Notes: generated by a model from the letters alone, not told the origin. Positions 26,671-36,142 are shown, counted from the stretch's first letter. The stretch: 50,354 bases of DNA from Acidilobaceae archaeon (GCA_038824665.1 JAWBBK010000002.1:1-50354); one strand, 5' to 3'. Made by a program: numbers and translations.

Positions 26671-27723
26671 TCACCCCATAAGAGAAGCGTAGACTCCTAA
26701 GGCTATCATAATAGCTCCGCTTAGTCTCGCTAAGTTTTCGGCTCCAACTAGCTTATATATCATGCCAGCTACTCTACCTGAGGTATAGACTACTATAGCT
26801 AGCGCGATTGCCAATCCGGAGACCAACAGAAAGAACGCTACTAGCCCTAGAGCTAGAGAGTTTAAAGCAGTCGGAGATAGAAGAGCTCCTATGAGCAAGG
26901 GTAGACTACACTGAGAGGCTATTACTCCAAAGCCAAGACAGGCTATTTCAAAAGACCTGACTTGTACTTTAGTTAAATACCAGCCAGTTTCTCTTAGCGT
27001 CACAACAACAAGTCCTAAAGCTATTAGCAGAAAGCCTAGAGCCTTTGGCAAGACTTCAATGAAGTTAGTTAATAAGGCGACAGAGAACATCACTATCAGA
27101 CCGAGCGTTGCTAGACCAGCGCTAGCCAACAGAGCACATTTAAGAGCAGTAGAAACTCCAGGTCTAGAGGCTATAGAGGCTGAAGCGTATAAAGCAATGA
27201 GCGGTGCGCTACATGGTGAAAAAGCTATAGCAACTCCTAAGATCGGGTAGAGAACTAAGCTAAAAGCAGAAGGTTCGAGAGACCTCTCTTCATCTTTAGG
27301 CTTTAGGGATTCCTCAATGATCTTAGTCAGTTCGGCAGAACTCCTCACGTTCTGTAGAGCGTTCCACTCCAGCCTTGAGACCTCTCTGAGTTCTCTATCT
27401 AGAACTAATATCGTAGGGGTTCCCTTTACTCCATAGGAGATAGCTATCTGAAAAGCCTTAGGGTCATTGAGGCTCAGCTCCAACGTTTTTACGTTAGGGG
27501 CTATAGAGAGTTCGTTCCAATAAGGCTTGATTTTATCACAAAGTCTACAACCTGAACTCGTGAAAAGAATCACTAACCATTCAGCATCGTCGACTTCAAG
27601 CTTTTGGTGCTCAACGCTCTCTCGAGGAGCAGTTGAAAGCAGGATTACAAGAGTCAGAAAGTAGAACACTAAAAGGACTCCTAGCAACTTCTGGTCTTCG
27701 ACTACGTCCTTGACTCTCAACAA
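26671..27723 (-). CDS. Thioredoxin-CcdA/DsbD-type fusion for heme-motif thiol reduction
   Basis: Extracytoplasmic CRLC...GTPT thioredoxin fold followed by a multi-TM domain with FSPCSAP and QCSLP. Confidence 0.8.
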   Translation of the reverse strand: MLRVKDVVEDQKLLGVLLVFYFLTLVILLSTAPRESVEHQKLEVDDAEWLVILFTSSGCRLCDKIKPYWNELSIAPNVKTLELSLNDPKAFQIAISYGVKGTPTILVLDRELREVSRLEWNALQNVRSSAELTKIIEESLKPKDEERSLEPSAFSLVLYPILGVAIAFSPCSAPLIALYASASIASRPGVSTALKCALLASAGLATLGLIVMFSVALLTNFIEVLPKALGFLLIALGLVVVTLRETGWYLTKVQVRSFEIACLGFGVIASQCSLPLLIGALLSPTALNSLALGLVAFFLLVSGLAIALAIVVYTSGRVAGMIYKLVGAENLARLSGAIMIALGVYASLMG

Positions 27724-27775
27724 GGAGAAAGTCCACCCTCTTCTCTTAAGCTCTAAGCTGACTTTAAATAATGAT

Positions 27776-29392
27776 CTACAGACTTTCAGATTTGAACTCT
27801 CTGATGGACTGATGTCTGCGGAAGCTGAACGGTGATAAGAGTTCTAGAGCAAGCCCAAAGGCTCCAGGAAGAGAGGTCAAAGCTGCTATTTTGATAGAAC
27901 TTTCTTCAACGCTTCTATAAACGGCTAGCTTTACAGCTAGCGAGAGTTCTTCTGTAGGCTCAGGGATCAACGTTTTCCCGCTAGCCAGAGAAGCTATATA
28001 GTATACTTGTAAAAAAGCTTCGAGAGAAGGAGCGAGTACGACTACGATCTTTACCACATCTCCACCTACTCTCTTTGAAAGCTCTAATGGCTTTTCGAAA
28101 ACCCACTCTCTTCGTTTTTCACACCAGTAGAACTTGAACGCGAGTTCTTCAGTCCATACTCTGCCTTTATACTCAAACTGTAAGTCTATTCTACCTCGTA
28201 CGCTTTTTTCTCTCATATCGAAATCTAGGTCTTCAAGAACGCCTATTCTGACGGATACATCAGTGATTTTGTCTGTAAGCGTAGAGTTCAGACCTACGAG
28301 AACGGAGTTCTCTTTGATAGGCTCTATCGGAATAGAGAGAACAAGAGGAGCAACTATTAGAGCTACCAAAAAGGGAGCAAAAAGCCTCAATGGTCTTCTT
28401 CTAGTAGCTATGACTATGAGAGAGGCAAGGACTGTTCCAATAACGTAGGAGATAGGGACTGTGACTATTCTCATGGTGGTTAGTAGCCAAGAGCTAGCTA
28501 AGCTAGTGAGAACTGCTCCAACAGCTCCGAGAAGAGATCCAGCAAGAGTTCCTGAGAAGAGCACTAAAGCAACGGCTCCAGACACTATCAGAGAAGCTAG
28601 GACTTTAGCGTGTTCTCTTGGAGTGGAGAATCCAAAGACTTCTAAAAACATCATAACTAAAAACATGAAAAAAGCTAAAGTCAGTCCTAGACTTACAATT
28701 TCTCTCTCCTCTTTTCTGAACTCTAAACCTTTGGGAACAGTGGGCTCTGAGACTTTCTGAGTGAAGAGCGTAACTAAAGAGTAAAGTGCAAATACAGAAA
28801 GCAACAGATCGCCTCGATAGACGTCTTTAGCTAGAAGCCCTCCTTGTACAAATCCTATGGTTAGGATAGGAGAGGCTACTGAAAGAGTTCCCAAAAGACC
28901 ACGAAGACTTGAATCTTTGAGGAAGCTATAGCAGAGTGTAGCGGTGGTTGCAACAGCTAGAAGAAGTATATGAACTCTTCCAAGAAGGTTTTCAGCAGGA
29001 GCTCCTAGAAGCTGTAAGTGTCTAACCTCTAGGCCCCAACAAATTCCCAAAAGAGCTAGAGAAAGCCAAGACCAGATCCTAGCGTCATCATGTCCTGAGA
29101 GAGAAGCGATAGCAGAGAGAAGGATAAGGTGAGAGGCTAGCGCTAGCACTGGGAAAGCAGAAGGGTTCCAATCGTCTCTGAGAAGAGCTAGAGAACTCAA
29201 AATCAGTTGAGTTAGGATAGCACCAAGACCCAACCTTAGAGCCTCTACAGACTTGATATGAAGATAGACGGCGAGAGTGGCTAGAGCAGCAGGGAGGACA
29301 TAAAGGAGAGGAGGAGGAGCGGCTACAGCTGTGAGTACAAGAGCTAAAGACACTGCAGCAGTAGCGGCAGCTCCTATCTCTAGAGCCTTCAC
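27776..29392 (-). CDS. Polytopic membrane protein with extracytoplasmic C-terminal domain (possible degenerate CcmF-like)
   Basis: About 12 TM segments, then a ~140-aa soluble domain and a final TM; in the cytochrome maturation operon. Confidence 0.6.
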   Translation of the reverse strand: MKALEIGAAATAAVSLALVLTAVAAPPPLLYVLPAALATLAVYLHIKSVEALRLGLGAILTQLILSSLALLRDDWNPSAFPVLALASHLILLSAIASLSGHDDARIWSWLSLALLGICWGLEVRHLQLLGAPAENLLGRVHILLLAVATTATLCYSFLKDSSLRGLLGTLSVASPILTIGFVQGGLLAKDVYRGDLLLSVFALYSLVTLFTQKVSEPTVPKGLEFRKEEREIVSLGLTLAFFMFLVMMFLEVFGFSTPREHAKVLASLIVSGAVALVLFSGTLAGSLLGAVGAVLTSLASSWLLTTMRIVTVPISYVIGTVLASLIVIATRRRPLRLFAPFLVALIVAPLVLSIPIEPIKENSVLVGLNSTLTDKITDVSVRIGVLEDLDFDMREKSVRGRIDLQFEYKGRVWTEELAFKFYWCEKRREWVFEKPLELSKRVGGDVVKIVVVLAPSLEAFLQVYYIASLASGKTLIPEPTEELSLAVKLAVYRSVEESSIKIAALTSLPGAFGLALELLSPFSFRRHQSIREFKSESL

Positions 29393-29413
29393 TTGCCGAC
29401 ACCTACTTATAGT

Positions 29414-29454
29414 AAAACGGAGAAAAAGAAAAAGAAAAAAGAGTGGGGAAAAAG
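29414..29454 (-). terminator. U-rich archaeal terminator after the tetraheme cytochrome gene
   Basis: Minus strand reads CTTTTTCCCCACTCTTTTTTCTTTTTCTTTTTCTCCGTTTT immediately after the stop codon. Confidence 0.7.
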
Positions 29455-29456
29455 AT

Positions 29457-30602
29457 TTACTGAACTCTCCTAGAGGCTATGGCTAGTCCTAGTCCAGCGG
29501 CGATAGCGAAGAGTGCGACTAGTGCTTGAGCTATTGAGGCTAAGCTTATGGCAGGGGCTTCAGAGACAGTAACTACTTTCACAGGCTGTATGTTGTGCGG
29601 ATCAGTTAGCTCGAAGACGCTAGCGGGTATTCCAATGAGCCAGAAACCGTCTGCGAACTTGATGGGGCTAGTTCCTGTAGCTGGAACAGGAGTAGCAGTC
29701 ACGAAGTGACAGTTGTAGCAGACAAGCCAGGCTTCTCTAGCTGGACGTGTATAGCCAGCGTAGGGTCCTGTGAACATGTTCTGAGTCTCAGCAGCTCTGG
29801 TACCTATGGGCAGTATTATCACTCCTCCAGTTACAGGACCTACATTAGACCAGCCGCCGGCGAGACCACCGGTTGGGGTGGGACCGATGAAGTTATAGGT
29901 AGGCTTGTATCTGAAGGTCAGTAGCTGGACCTCAACTCCATAGGCTTGTGTCCCAAAGTCTCCGCCGTCTCCATTGTCATATGCAGTGAAGAGTTCGTAT
30001 AGAGTCAGATAGCCTACGAGGGCGCCGTTTTCGAACTTAGGAGCTGCAGTAGGTGTGTTTCCGGGAAGTCTGACAAGGACTCTGGTCAGATACTTTAGCC
30101 CCTCACCAAAGCCTGTTTCAGGAGGTATGTAAGGCTTGTAAGCAGGTAACTGGGTTGGCACGGATGCGCTCTTTATCATATCGACCGTAACTCCAACGCT
30201 GCTCAGAGCGTTTTTAAGAGCCTCCTCGCCTTCTGAGTTTAGACCTATGAGAGCGAAGACTGCCCAGGCCTCGAAGGACTGTTGGGCATCGAACTTTCCT
30301 GCGTGGATCACAGCATGACAACCACAACCTATGCTGCTGTGGACGCTCCGTGCGACGCTATTAGCTACACCTGAGTGACAGACAGCACAAGCACTCCAAG
30401 CCTCTTCCGTATAGACAGTGTGATTCCACATCATTGTACCAACATCTTGTACTAGGTCTCCAGCCTTAGTTCCCGCATTGCGGTCGTAGTAAAGTGAGTA
30501 GTGGCAGGCGTTGCATCTATCCGGGTGTCCTGCTAACGCTAGAGGCGATAGCAGAGGTAGTGTTAGTAAGACAGCAAGGAGCAAAGCAGTTAGTCTATTC
30601 AC
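29457..30602 (-). CDS. Tetraheme c-type cytochrome, archaeal extracellular cytochrome nanowire (ECN)-like subunit
   Basis: Signal peptide; CNACH, CAVCH, CGCH (CxCH) and CYNCH; W.IGIPA.V..LTDPH.I; C-terminal TM + RR; GAGGTGA RBS. Confidence 0.85.
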   Translation of the reverse strand: MNRLTALLLAVLLTLPLLSPLALAGHPDRCNACHYSLYYDRNAGTKAGDLVQDVGTMMWNHTVYTEEAWSACAVCHSGVANSVARSVHSSIGCGCHAVIHAGKFDAQQSFEAWAVFALIGLNSEGEEALKNALSSVGVTVDMIKSASVPTQLPAYKPYIPPETGFGEGLKYLTRVLVRLPGNTPTAAPKFENGALVGYLTLYELFTAYDNGDGGDFGTQAYGVEVQLLTFRYKPTYNFIGPTPTGGLAGGWSNVGPVTGGVIILPIGTRAAETQNMFTGPYAGYTRPAREAWLVCYNCHFVTATPVPATGTSPIKFADGFWLIGIPASVFELTDPHNIQPVKVVTVSEAPAISLASIAQALVALFAIAAGLGLAIASRRVQ

Positions 30603-30646
30603 TCTAGGTCACCTCTGTCGTGCTCTAAAAAGAGACTCCAGACCTT

Positions 30647-32758
30647 TTATTTTTTTATTCTTAGAATTCTCTCTTGAAAAATGTAAAACACTTTCAGATT
30701 CATAAACCCCCAACCAGTAAGGCTTAGAGGTCTAAGGACGAGCCTTCTAGCCTTACTAAGCCCTACAGTGAAGAGAGCGACAGCAACGACTGCTAAGACT
30801 ACTGTCAACAACATCCTTCTAGCCTCTATGTAAGGCTCTAGAAGGGCCTCTCTGAAGCCTAAGTCGGCTATGCTGATTCTAGGGTCGGAACGGGGACGAG
30901 CGGCAGAGACCAGCTTTATTTCTTGAGACAAGACTTTTACTTCCTCAGCGTTGTTCACATAGATCACGACCTGTCTTATCTCGTTGTCCCAGGCGATGGC
31001 TCCGTTTACAAGCTCTTCTACAGTGTAGCCTATAGAAAACTCTAGAGGAACTCTTAGACGCTCAACTGTAGGCGCAAGCTCAAGTTTTCCTCCCCAAGAT
31101 CCGCCTGCTAAATAGTTGAACAGAACTCCGTTCAGAGCTGATCCTCTCTTGACTGTCACCACCTCTAACCTCAGCTCAACAGGCTTAGAGAAATCACTAG
31201 GTTTGATCTCAAGAAGCAAAGACGTTTCGAGCCACTTATTCCAAGAGAGTCTGGTGTTTAGATCAGTCACTAAGACCCAAGTGTCTTGAGGAGCACTCTC
31301 CAGAGCTCTTCTTAGCTCGGACAGCTTAGCTAGGTCCTCTAGTCTCCCCTGACCTCTTGCCATCTTCTTCTCGAGCCATGCTATCTCTGTCTTGAGATAC
31401 TCTGCAAGAGGTAGAGCAAAAAACCTGACGCCTTGCTCCATTTTTTCGAAAGCTCCTCTTTCAGTGACCTCAAAATCAAGCCTAGTCTCTAGTCTCACGG
31501 TGGGTCTTTCTACATGAGGTCTCTCTAAGACCAGAGTACCCAAAGCTCTACCTCTAGCTTCGAAGAACATCAGTACTTTGAAGACTATGGTGTGATTCAT
31601 GAAGTTTCTTATTGCAACAGCTCTAATGAACACGGGCTGAACGCTACCCGGGTCGGCCTCGAACTTGACTCTGGTAGAGGCTCCGTTAACTGTATCGTTA
31701 GTCCCTATGTAAACAGCTAACCAACCTCTTCCCAAGTCTTCTATCTTCAAGACCTTTGAGGGTAGCTCAACAACCTTGTCTAAGACTTTGGGAGAGATTC
31801 TCACTAAGCCTATACGCTTAGTCACGTTAAAAGATATTAGCTCGAACTCTTTGAAAACGCTATTCCACTTCAGTTTAAGCACAAGGTTTTCTATGAGAAC
31901 TTCTTCTGCAACTAGAGTTTGAGGTAAGTCATGAGGTAAAAACACTTGCTCTCCGCTCTTCAGAACTAGTTCTGTTGAGAACGGTGATCCTCTAATCTTT
32001 CCAGAGATTTCAACTAAGAGGACTCTAGGATTTATTCCTCTGGTAATTGGGTTGTCGGAGAAGAATATTCTCAGAACAGAAGCCTCGCTGAAGCTAGGAT
32101 ACGCTACAACGTCTATCATAACTCTAGATCCACTTCCATCCGTTAACTCGTAGCGTATCCAATTATGACCTGTTCTTTCAGTGTCAAGTCTAACTGCTGC
32201 TTGAGCTAGACCTCTCGTGTAGACTAGCTCGACTCCTATCTTCCTAAGGGCTTCTTTAAGGTCTAGAGTCCAGACCACTCCTCTATATCCATCTGAAACC
32301 ACTATCATTAACTTTAGGGTCTCTATCCTCAGGTCTAGGTTAGGATTGAGAACATCTAAAGCGAGAAGTATTGAGCCAGTGTATCCACTAGCCTCTCTCG
32401 ACATCTCAACATCGTAATACCAGGTAGGATAGGGCTTTACTGGAGCAACGCTCCACTTTGCTCTCACAAACACTTCCTCTACCTCAAAGCCTAGAGCTTT
32501 AGACAAAGCGCTTTTTGAGAACTCATACTCAACAGAGATTTGATAGCAAAGCTTCATATCTCTAGAAAAGACAACAGATATAGTTCCAACTCTATAGTTC
32601 TCAATGAAAAGCCCTATTCGAACTGACCTCTTCGATATCTCTTCTATTGCGAGATTGAGTTCTGGAGGAAGGCTTTGAGCTAAAGCCGCAACTGGCAGAA
32701 GCTGAGCTAGCGTTAGCGCTATGAGCAAAACTACACTTAACGTGCTTTCATGACGCAC
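30647..32758 (-). CDS. Secreted, membrane-anchored beta-rich hypothetical protein
   Basis: Signal peptide (..VAALA|QS) and C-terminal TM + KARR; overlaps the upstream protease gene. Confidence 0.7.
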   Translation of the reverse strand: MRHESTLSVVLLIALTLAQLLPVAALAQSLPPELNLAIEEISKRSVRIGLFIENYRVGTISVVFSRDMKLCYQISVEYEFSKSALSKALGFEVEEVFVRAKWSVAPVKPYPTWYYDVEMSREASGYTGSILLALDVLNPNLDLRIETLKLMIVVSDGYRGVVWTLDLKEALRKIGVELVYTRGLAQAAVRLDTERTGHNWIRYELTDGSGSRVMIDVVAYPSFSEASVLRIFFSDNPITRGINPRVLLVEISGKIRGSPFSTELVLKSGEQVFLPHDLPQTLVAEEVLIENLVLKLKWNSVFKEFELISFNVTKRIGLVRISPKVLDKVVELPSKVLKIEDLGRGWLAVYIGTNDTVNGASTRVKFEADPGSVQPVFIRAVAIRNFMNHTIVFKVLMFFEARGRALGTLVLERPHVERPTVRLETRLDFEVTERGAFEKMEQGVRFFALPLAEYLKTEIAWLEKKMARGQGRLEDLAKLSELRRALESAPQDTWVLVTDLNTRLSWNKWLETSLLLEIKPSDFSKPVELRLEVVTVKRGSALNGVLFNYLAGGSWGGKLELAPTVERLRVPLEFSIGYTVEELVNGAIAWDNEIRQVVIYVNNAEEVKVLSQEIKLVSAARPRSDPRISIADLGFREALLEPYIEARRMLLTVVLAVVAVALFTVGLSKARRLVLRPLSLTGWGFMNLKVFYIFQERILRIKK

Positions 32759-34661
32759 CTTTCCTCACTCTCCTCCACATAATTCCAATTGCTAAGAGAG
32801 ATAGAATGCTTATCTGAAAGTCTACAGCGGTGCTTATGTTTTCTGCCTCTACTGGGGTCATAGAGGCTAGACCTTCAAGAGCAGTAGCCCAAAAGCTCTC
32901 ATAAAACTCTTCTCCTACTCCTGAAGCTATGTGAAGCATTCTATAGGCTTTGAGATAGACTAGGGCTAGCTCTAGATAGTAGAGTCTGTACTCAGGTCTT
33001 TCCTGAAGACTTGCTAGCTCTAGATAATAGAAAGTCATTAGAGGAACTCTTTTCGTCTTGGAGAACTCTACGTTTATATTCTCTTCAAGTGTTGACAGTC
33101 TGAGGTCTCTGAAGGGATCATGAGGAATGGGTAAAGCTATCATTGTTAACCCTCGTCCGGTTGCCTCTAAAGAGTGTACGAGAGCTCTCGGATAATCTCC
33201 TATTTCAGCTGAACTTCTAGACGCACTCAAATGTAATAGCGCTTGGGTTCTGATCTCAGACTGGATTTCAACAGTGTACAGCGTAGCGTAGTTAGATGCG
33301 GTATAAAAATACTCATAGACTTTTTGAGAGGCTTCATAGAGTTCGCGATACGGGATCTCCATACCCTCTGCGTTGACGAAGTAAAGAAGAGCTAAAACTT
33401 GAGCTCTTAACGAGTAAAAAGCTACGTTAGCGGCTAAGTACATAGCGTATTCGCTGTTTAGAGCTCCGAGACGTGAGACCATAGCTATTCTAGCTACGTA
33501 GTCTGAGGCTTCTTCGAGAAGGCTTCTACAATAAGCTAAAGTCAATAGATGGTCTGGAGTAGCTGAAGGCGTTAAACGGACAACCCACGTTGAGACAAGA
33601 TAGACTTTGAGAGCTTCAGTAATTGCATGCCTTGGGTCTCTTTCAGCAGCTAAGAACGCTAAGTACTTAGCGTACTTGGCGTGATAATAGGCTAAAGCTA
33701 AAGCGTCAAAGGGAACGATCAGATAACCTTTGCCTTTTAGCTCTCGACTAAACTCTAGGTAGGCTTTAGCTTTAGAGACAGAGTTCAGTAGAGACTCTTG
33801 CATCTGTCTCGGTATGACCTTTCGGAGTCTCTCAATGATGTTCAAAGTAGCTTCAAGATCTCTTTCTATCTCACGCTCGTATGTTTCCATCACGCTATGC
33901 GCTAAAAGAACTCTGCTCTCAGGAACGGCTAGTCTTAATTTTTTGAGGTTTTGAGAAGGCACCTCAAACTTCAAGTCAGTAGCTATATTAAGGACTTCAA
34001 AAACTCCTGTAGCCTGATGAATGGACACGTTCAAACGTTCTAGACCTAAGCTTTTCATAACGATCTTGGGGGTCTCGATTATGTATGGTCCAAACGTTCT
34101 ATATTCTGTCTCGACGCTTACAGTCACGTTTTGGAGAAGTGGGATCAAGAGTTCAGAGTAGCCTCGAGTCGCTACTGCTTCAGCTTTGGTCTCGATGTCT
34201 CCAACCCATCCAATTAGTCCATCGGGCTGGACTACGCCTGTAGATACTAGACCTTTCTTTACTTCTGTTTTTGTAAGAGCGGAGTAAGTGGCTAAGAAGA
34301 CAGTAAGCCCTAAGCTGGGTCCCGTTATCCACCAGAGTCTTCTATTGTCTTCAGCTTCGATCTTCACGTAGAAGTCGAGAGACCAGGGATTACGTTGAGC
34401 TAAAAGAGCAGCCTCATAGCATGCCATGAGCAAAGAGGCCATAAAAAGTTCATCTCCTTTTACGTTGGTTAGAATTCTTCCCGATCCTGGATAAACTTCA
34501 ACTGAGACTTTGATCACAAACCCTTCGACTGGATCGTCCCGGTACCTGTGGACTCCAACGCCTAGAGCTTCTCCTTTGCTGATAGAACTAGCTAGAGGTA
34601 AGCTTGGCTGTAGAACTATCATGACCAAGATCAGTAGAGCTATCGTAACTCTCATCTTCAA
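32748..34661 (-). CDS. Secreted ATP-independent Lon-like (S16) serine protease
   Basis: Signal peptide, ITGPSLG (catalytic Ser), TGVVQPDGLIGWVGDIETKAEA (catalytic Lys), no AAA domain, helical C-terminal region and TM. Confidence 0.85.
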   Translation of the reverse strand: MKMRVTIALLILVMIVLQPSLPLASSISKGEALGVGVHRYRDDPVEGFVIKVSVEVYPGSGRILTNVKGDELFMASLLMACYEAALLAQRNPWSLDFYVKIEAEDNRRLWWITGPSLGLTVFLATYSALTKTEVKKGLVSTGVVQPDGLIGWVGDIETKAEAVATRGYSELLIPLLQNVTVSVETEYRTFGPYIIETPKIVMKSLGLERLNVSIHQATGVFEVLNIATDLKFEVPSQNLKKLRLAVPESRVLLAHSVMETYEREIERDLEATLNIIERLRKVIPRQMQESLLNSVSKAKAYLEFSRELKGKGYLIVPFDALALAYYHAKYAKYLAFLAAERDPRHAITEALKVYLVSTWVVRLTPSATPDHLLTLAYCRSLLEEASDYVARIAMVSRLGALNSEYAMYLAANVAFYSLRAQVLALLYFVNAEGMEIPYRELYEASQKVYEYFYTASNYATLYTVEIQSEIRTQALLHLSASRSSAEIGDYPRALVHSLEATGRGLTMIALPIPHDPFRDLRLSTLEENINVEFSKTKRVPLMTFYYLELASLQERPEYRLYYLELALVYLKAYRMLHIASGVGEEFYESFWATALEGLASMTPVEAENISTAVDFQISILSLLAIGIMWRRVRKGAS

Positions 34662-36142
34662 GGTCTAAACCTCCTAATAGCTATCGCTGAGGCTATAGTG
34701 GAGATCAAGAAGAAGAGAAAGATAGAGATCGCAGTAGCGTTTATAGGAGGTCTAGATTCATCAGAGCCTTTCGGAAGCCAGAGGTTTGTCGGAATTCCTG
34801 TTGCGATTTCTCTAGTGACTATATGTGGGTCGAATACTAGACCGTCGAGCTTAATAGGTATTCCATCAAGTCTTCCTGTAACGCTTCCGTCAGGCATTGA
34901 GATCAGATGGCAGTTGTAACAGACCAACCATCTTGATCCAGGGAATAAACGAGAGGTGGTGTTCGCTAAGACCCATCCGTCTCTCATAGCGTACGCTATT
35001 CCAGCATATCTGAGAAGTCCGCCTATGCTTATCGCGTAGATAGGCACACAAGGAGAGGTTCCTCCATAGACATCAGGATAGTAGCGTCCTTCAGGCGGCT
35101 CTACTCTAAACCATATACAAAGAGCGCTGTTGTTAGCTGGAGTATATCGTAAAGCCTTTTTCCAAGAGTTCCAATCCGTTAAGTCTTTGTAGACAGAGTA
35201 GGTTCCAGGAGGCGAAGCATAAAGTATAATCCAAGAGGCTGTACTATTGTATCTAGAGATATGGAGTGCTCCATGACATCTACAACCAAGCCTTGCGTGA
35301 ACGCTTTGAGATACCTTGCTCGCTACTCCAGAATGACATCTACCACAATAAACTTCGTTAGCCTTAGGAGCGAAGTCTACGGTATGAGCTTTAGCTGAAG
35401 GAGTGGTAGTGAAGCCTGAGCTAACTGTAGTCAGTTTTGAGTGACATAGAGCGCACTCACCTGGATGCGTATAAATATAGCTAGTTGTCGTATCCCAAGC
35501 GGCAGGTCCGGCGTTAGCGAAATGACAGTGAAGACAGGTAAGGTTTCTAGCTTCGGGGGGGTATGCACCAGCAGGGCCTAAATAGGGGTTCATAAAGGCA
35601 ATCACGTAAACGCCTAAACGGACAACTACGGTTGTGCGGTAGAACCTGTTCTTAGCTATGTCTGCAGTCTTCGTGGTCGTAGAACTCACGTAGTAGGTCA
35701 TACTGAACACAACAGTATTGGCACTTATTCCTGGAGGAGGGTCCCAAGTAGAGAGCGCTATATTATGATCACATCCATAGGTTCTCCTAGTTGTGTCTAG
35801 TGTGAAGCGCTTGTGACCATCATGGTGTATCTGATGACAGTAAGAACAACCGACGCTTGCATGAGGCCCCAAAGCCACTTCTCTGGTGTGAGGGGCAGTT
35901 CGGGGAACGTCTGAGTGGCAGGCTATACATCGATAGTTTTCTAGTAGTCCTGAAGCGACGCTCCACACAGCCTCAGATACTATCTTAGGGTGACAAAACA
36001 TACACATGAGTTTCTCGTTCCAAGCGGAGAAAGTAATTCTTCTAGTATGTGAGGTTCCACCTATGTCGGCTACGGTTTCAGTTGTCGAGAGTAACAAAAG
36101 AGCCAGCAGAGCTACTGCGATCAACAGTTTAGCGTTAGCCAT
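34658..36142 (-). CDS. Octaheme c-type cytochrome with C-terminal ECN-like module
   Basis: CMFCH, CIACH, CSYCH, CLHCH, CALCH, CGRCH, CRCH and CYNCH; DPH; signal peptide and C-terminal TM + RR. Confidence 0.88.
   Translation of the reverse strand: MANAKLLIAVALLALLLLSTTETVADIGGTSHTRRITFSAWNEKLMCMFCHPKIVSEAVWSVASGLLENYRCIACHSDVPRTAPHTREVALGPHASVGCSYCHQIHHDGHKRFTLDTTRRTYGCDHNIALSTWDPPPGISANTVVFSMTYYVSSTTTKTADIAKNRFYRTTVVVRLGVYVIAFMNPYLGPAGAYPPEARNLTCLHCHFANAGPAAWDTTTSYIYTHPGECALCHSKLTTVSSGFTTTPSAKAHTVDFAPKANEVYCGRCHSGVASKVSQSVHARLGCRCHGALHISRYNSTASWIILYASPPGTYSVYKDLTDWNSWKKALRYTPANNSALCIWFRVEPPEGRYYPDVYGGTSPCVPIYAISIGGLLRYAGIAYAMRDGWVLANTTSRLFPGSRWLVCYNCHLISMPDGSVTGRLDGIPIKLDGLVFDPHIVTREIATGIPTNLWLPKGSDESRPPINATAISIFLFFLISTIASAIAIRRFRP

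Noticed and set aside
35765-35780. YGCDH in the octaheme protein as a ninth heme site
   Set aside because: Only one Cys and not a CH dipeptide; more likely a distal His or disulfide Cys.
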